Shown here piece by piece: positions 35,357 to 39,057 of a DNA stretch of 39,057 nt. This stretch comes from Octopus sinensis (lineage: Eukaryota), in contig NW_021835699.1 in NCBI RefSeq assembly GCF_006345805.1, forward strand, positions 1 to 39,057, given 5' to 3'. Both the position numbers and the translations under genes were made by a program. The stretch's first letter is position 1. The number at the start of each line of letters is the position of its first letter. The notes under the pieces were generated by a model that was not told the DNA's origin, did no database searches, and saw only the letters and a program-made list of their open reading frames with translations.

Positions 35357-35548
35357 TCAGGGGGTGCCGAAGAGAAGCTCCTGGCTTTAAGGGTATCGTG
35401 AACGTGTTGGCTTGAGGCTCAACCTTCCGAATTCTTTTACAGGCTTTAGGAAAACTGAAAGACAGCTGCAATAAGTGTGTACACTTGAGAGAAGAATATT
35501 TTGAATAAAATGAAAACTATCTGATCCTCCTGTATTTTCTTTTGACAA
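35357..35548 (+). mobile_element. Mariner-derived MITE, copy 3 (right TIR lost)
   Basis: Reverse-oriented match to 1731-1948; cut by a SINE A fragment. Confidence 0.75.
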
Positions 35549-35550
35549 GT

Positions 35551-35707
35551 GCCGCTACGTTCTGAGTTCAAATTCCGCCGAGGTTGACTTTGCTTTTCAT
35601 CCTTTCGGAGTCTATAAATTAAGCACCAGTTATATACTAGGCTCGATCTAATCGAATAGCTCCACACCCAACATAAATTTCGAGTTTTGTGCCTAGAGTA
35701 GAAAAGG
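35551..35707 (+). mobile_element. SINE type A 5'-truncated monomer, alternative tail
   Basis: GTTCTGAGTTCAAATTCCGCCGAGG...GATCTAATCGA...GTGCCTAGAGTAGAAAAG. Confidence 0.85.
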
Positions 35708-35849
35708 TTCTAGTCAACACTACCAAACCTTATTTTATTATCCGGGTTTTAAATGGTCCATTGTCAGTTATGTTATTTTTTTTTATTTAGAACGGTTTTG
35801 TGATCTATCATAAGACATAGCTCTGATACATGTTGGCAGACCTTTCAGG

Positions 35850-36350
35850 CTGATATCTGTAATTTTATTCTGCATGTCTCGACATTCATGTGATCGAGTG
35901 TTACACTTCAAGGATGATAAAAAACTATGGAACCTTATCGAAGACACAATCGGTTACGGTGCATACCACGCTTCAAAGAAATCTTAGCTACGGAACGACG
36001 AAAATTTTTAACGTAATGAAAAACAATGTTATGAGTTTCTATGAATTCACGCACTTAAATAGAAATAAAGAAAAAAATAAAGAAAAATCTTGAAATTACC
36101 ATAACTGCTTTTAATTTATTTAATGATCTGTGGTAAAATACATGTGAATTCAGATTTATCGAGCTGCGGTACCATTTCTCTCTTGTATGGAATCTTAATC
36201 GTTAGTGCTATTTGATTGAAGGACTCGTTCTATTGTAAACATTCTGCGTTGCAATCATCTTCAATTTTACCATTCTTGTTTTCTATAGCAATAAAAGATC
36301 CAACCATGAAAAAAAAATATATATATAGGAAAAGAAGAAGACAAGAATAT
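35850..36350 (+). mobile_element. Possible PLE linker relic
   Basis: WNLIED, KIFN..NNV..FY, TCEFR, NR*CYL.EGLV. Confidence 0.35.
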
Positions 36351-36399
36351 TTAGTACAAGTCGAACAGAAAATAATCAAAATGAAGAACAATTTTAATA

Positions 36400-36444
36400 A
36401 CGATATTAATAATAACAATAATTATAATGATGATGATAATAATA

Positions 36445-36489
<45 letters not shown>

Positions 36490-36920
36490 TGATAATAATA
36501 ATAATGATAATAATAATAATAATAATAATAACAACAATAACAATAACAACAACAACAACAATAATAATAACAACAACAAAAACAACAAGAACAACAATAA
36601 TAATAATGAAAGATAATGATGCTGATAATGAGGACGGGATAAGGATAATGATGACCATGATGGTGGAGGTGTTAGTGGTGGTGATGGTGGTGGTGGTGAT
36701 GATGATGATGAAGATTATGATGATGATGGATAATGTTGGTGATGGTGATGACGATGACGACGAAGACGATGATGACGACGATGATGATGCTACTATTATT
36801 GATACTGCTGCGGCTGCTGCTGCTGCTGAACTTGGTGAGGTGGCGAAGGAGGGAAGCAAGGTGGTGTTGGTGGTGGTGGTGGTGGTGGTGGTGGTGGTGA
36901 TGGCGGCGGCGGCGGCGGCG
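36400..36920. repeat. Compound trinucleotide array (AAT/AAC/GAT/GGT/GAC/GCT/GGC)
   Basis: Directly visible. Confidence 0.95.
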
Positions 36921-37389
36921 TCGATTGATAGTGAAAATAATATTAACGAAAGTTAAGACAAAGAAGATAAGGAAAAAATCATGGAGATGAAGAATAAAGA
37001 AGATTACGAATATAAATAAATAAAAAAATAAGAAAAGAAACTCCAAAAAAAAACCAAAACCAATCCAGCGCTCATTATAATCATGTCGATGGGGACGACG
37101 ACTTCAAATTGCAGAATCGACATTGTCAGGTTCTCTGACAGACTGTCTGTCTATTGTTTCTATTTATGCACAAAGCTAATATGGCAGGGATTAGCATATA
37201 TAATACGCTATCTATAAATAGTTGGGTTACATGATAATTTCACTTCCAATCAGTTAACCAAACCGACTATGCACACACAACGGTTCTATGACAATTTTTA
37301 TCCTGCGAGAGTAAGAATAAGAATGAAAAGGAGAGAAGGGGAAAGAGGGGTAACACAAATAAAAAAGTATTCAGAAAAAAATGTACTGA

Positions 37390-37592
37390 AACCCTATAAA
37401 TACACATACATAATACATACATGCATATATGCATATATATATATGTATATACATATTATATATAAATATGTATGTATATATATATATATATATATGTATG
37501 TATGCATATATGTATATATGATATATATGAGTTTATAAATGTACGAAAACGCTATAAATACACATACATAATACATACATGCATATAATATA

Positions 37593-37641
<49 letters not shown>

Positions 37642-37714
37642 TATGGTTATATATTATATATAAATAGTATGTATATATACGTATATATGCATATATATAT
37701 GATATATATGAGTT

Positions 37715-37769
<55 letters not shown>

Positions 37770-37870
37770 CATTATATATACATGCGTGCATTTATATATA
37801 TATGTATATATATACACGCATGCGCGCGCGCACTTATACACAGACACAGAGGTACACACATATATATATA
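37390..37870. repeat. TA-rich region with local ~160-180-bp duplication
   Basis: CTATAAATACACATACATAATACATACATGCATATA at 37394 and 37552. Confidence 0.8.
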
Positions 37871-39057
37871 GGGAAGGAGAGCTAGAGAGGGGAGGGAGAG
37901 GTGGAGAGTGAGAAAGCTTTTATAAGTGTTTTTTTTTCTTTCATTTCATTTTCCTCGTTAAGTTTCTTTCGAATTAGTCTTTCGTTTTTCGTTCTCTTTC
38001 TGTCAGCATTGAACCAAAAATATTCCATGTAACAAGATAAATTCCGCTTATACACACACAGAGACACACATACATACATGCACACATATGCATATTGCAC
38101 ATCTGTTTAGAGACGTACTCATACAGTTGCACGCATACTCACGAATATACAAATATATATATATTTATATATATACGTGCATCTTTGAAAGAAGACATGG
38201 AGAGTGACAAGAGGGAGGTTAATGAAAAAAAGAAAAAGAAAACGAATGAGAATGAGACAATCATTATCTATTAATTACCATTAATGACTATATATAATCT
38301 ATTTCTCTATAAGAAACCTCATTGGATAAAGACATACACTAAGAGAGCTAAAGACAGAGAGAGAGGAGAGAGAGAGAGAGCGAAACAAAAAGAATGAAAG
38401 GATGAGAGGAAGAGAGGAGCTCAGAGTGACAAAAGGAGCATATTTGTTAGTATTTTTTGTTATTGTTCTATATGTATTTATTATTATTATACTTTTGTGC
38501 ATATTTTTTGGAACTCTATTTGATTGCTTCGTGTGGTTTTATATAAATTTTCAGGATTTTGATACTTTTCTGTAATCTATAGAATAGACTTTGGCTTATT
38601 CTGAATGTAGATTTAAGTTGACTTCAGGTAATACCTTTACAAATCATTTGGACGTAAAAATAGTCTAATGATTAGTTCCACATGGCTCTTGTTTCTACAC
38701 TTATTTACATATGTATTATACACACTCACAGACACACACATATATATGTATATACACACATATATATATTACAGATTTACTATCATTCTTTCGATTACTC
38801 CGTAATTGTATATTTAAACCGCTAAGGATTTCACGCTTATATGCAATGCATGTATGTATGCATACAATGTATATGTAAGTATATGCATATTCATATGTGC
38901 ATATATACATTGATACATACATACTTGCAGGAACATACACACACATACAGCTAAGTCCTTATATACACACACAAACACACACACATACACACACATTTAT
39001 ATATCCAGCTTGGCACCTGTGGCATTCCAACTGGAGCAACGTGAAATATAATGGAAT

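Noticed and set aside
36216-37046. 246-aa and overlapping ORFs
   Set aside because: Trinucleotide arrays giving homopolymer runs; no domain or splice structure.

Overview
AT-rich eukaryotic non-coding DNA saturated with microsatellites and tRNA-derived SINEs; the repeat content strongly suggests an octopus (coleoid cephalopod) genome, intergenic or deep intronic. I can support no intact host gene, rRNA, tRNA or CRISPR array, and the long ORFs in the track are microsatellite artefacts. Content: (1) about 30 full or partial copies of six SINE types (my labels A-F, probably overlapping the described octopus OK/OR families), several with clear TSDs; type A carries an internal ~184-bp unit repeated 1-3 times. 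(2) Three mariner-derived MITEs, a Helitron-like 3' end and a long-TIR foldback-like element. (3) Most notably, much of the apparently unique DNA translates, through stops and frameshifts, into colinear motifs of Penelope-like retroelement (PLE, Naiad-like) RT and GIY-YIG proteins. I count about 16 decayed copies, at least three followed by a degenerate hammerhead-ribozyme core. (4) A tRNA-headed non-autonomous element ending in a PLE-type hammerhead motif. PLE calls are manual comparisons to a remembered family consensus and need HMM confirmation.
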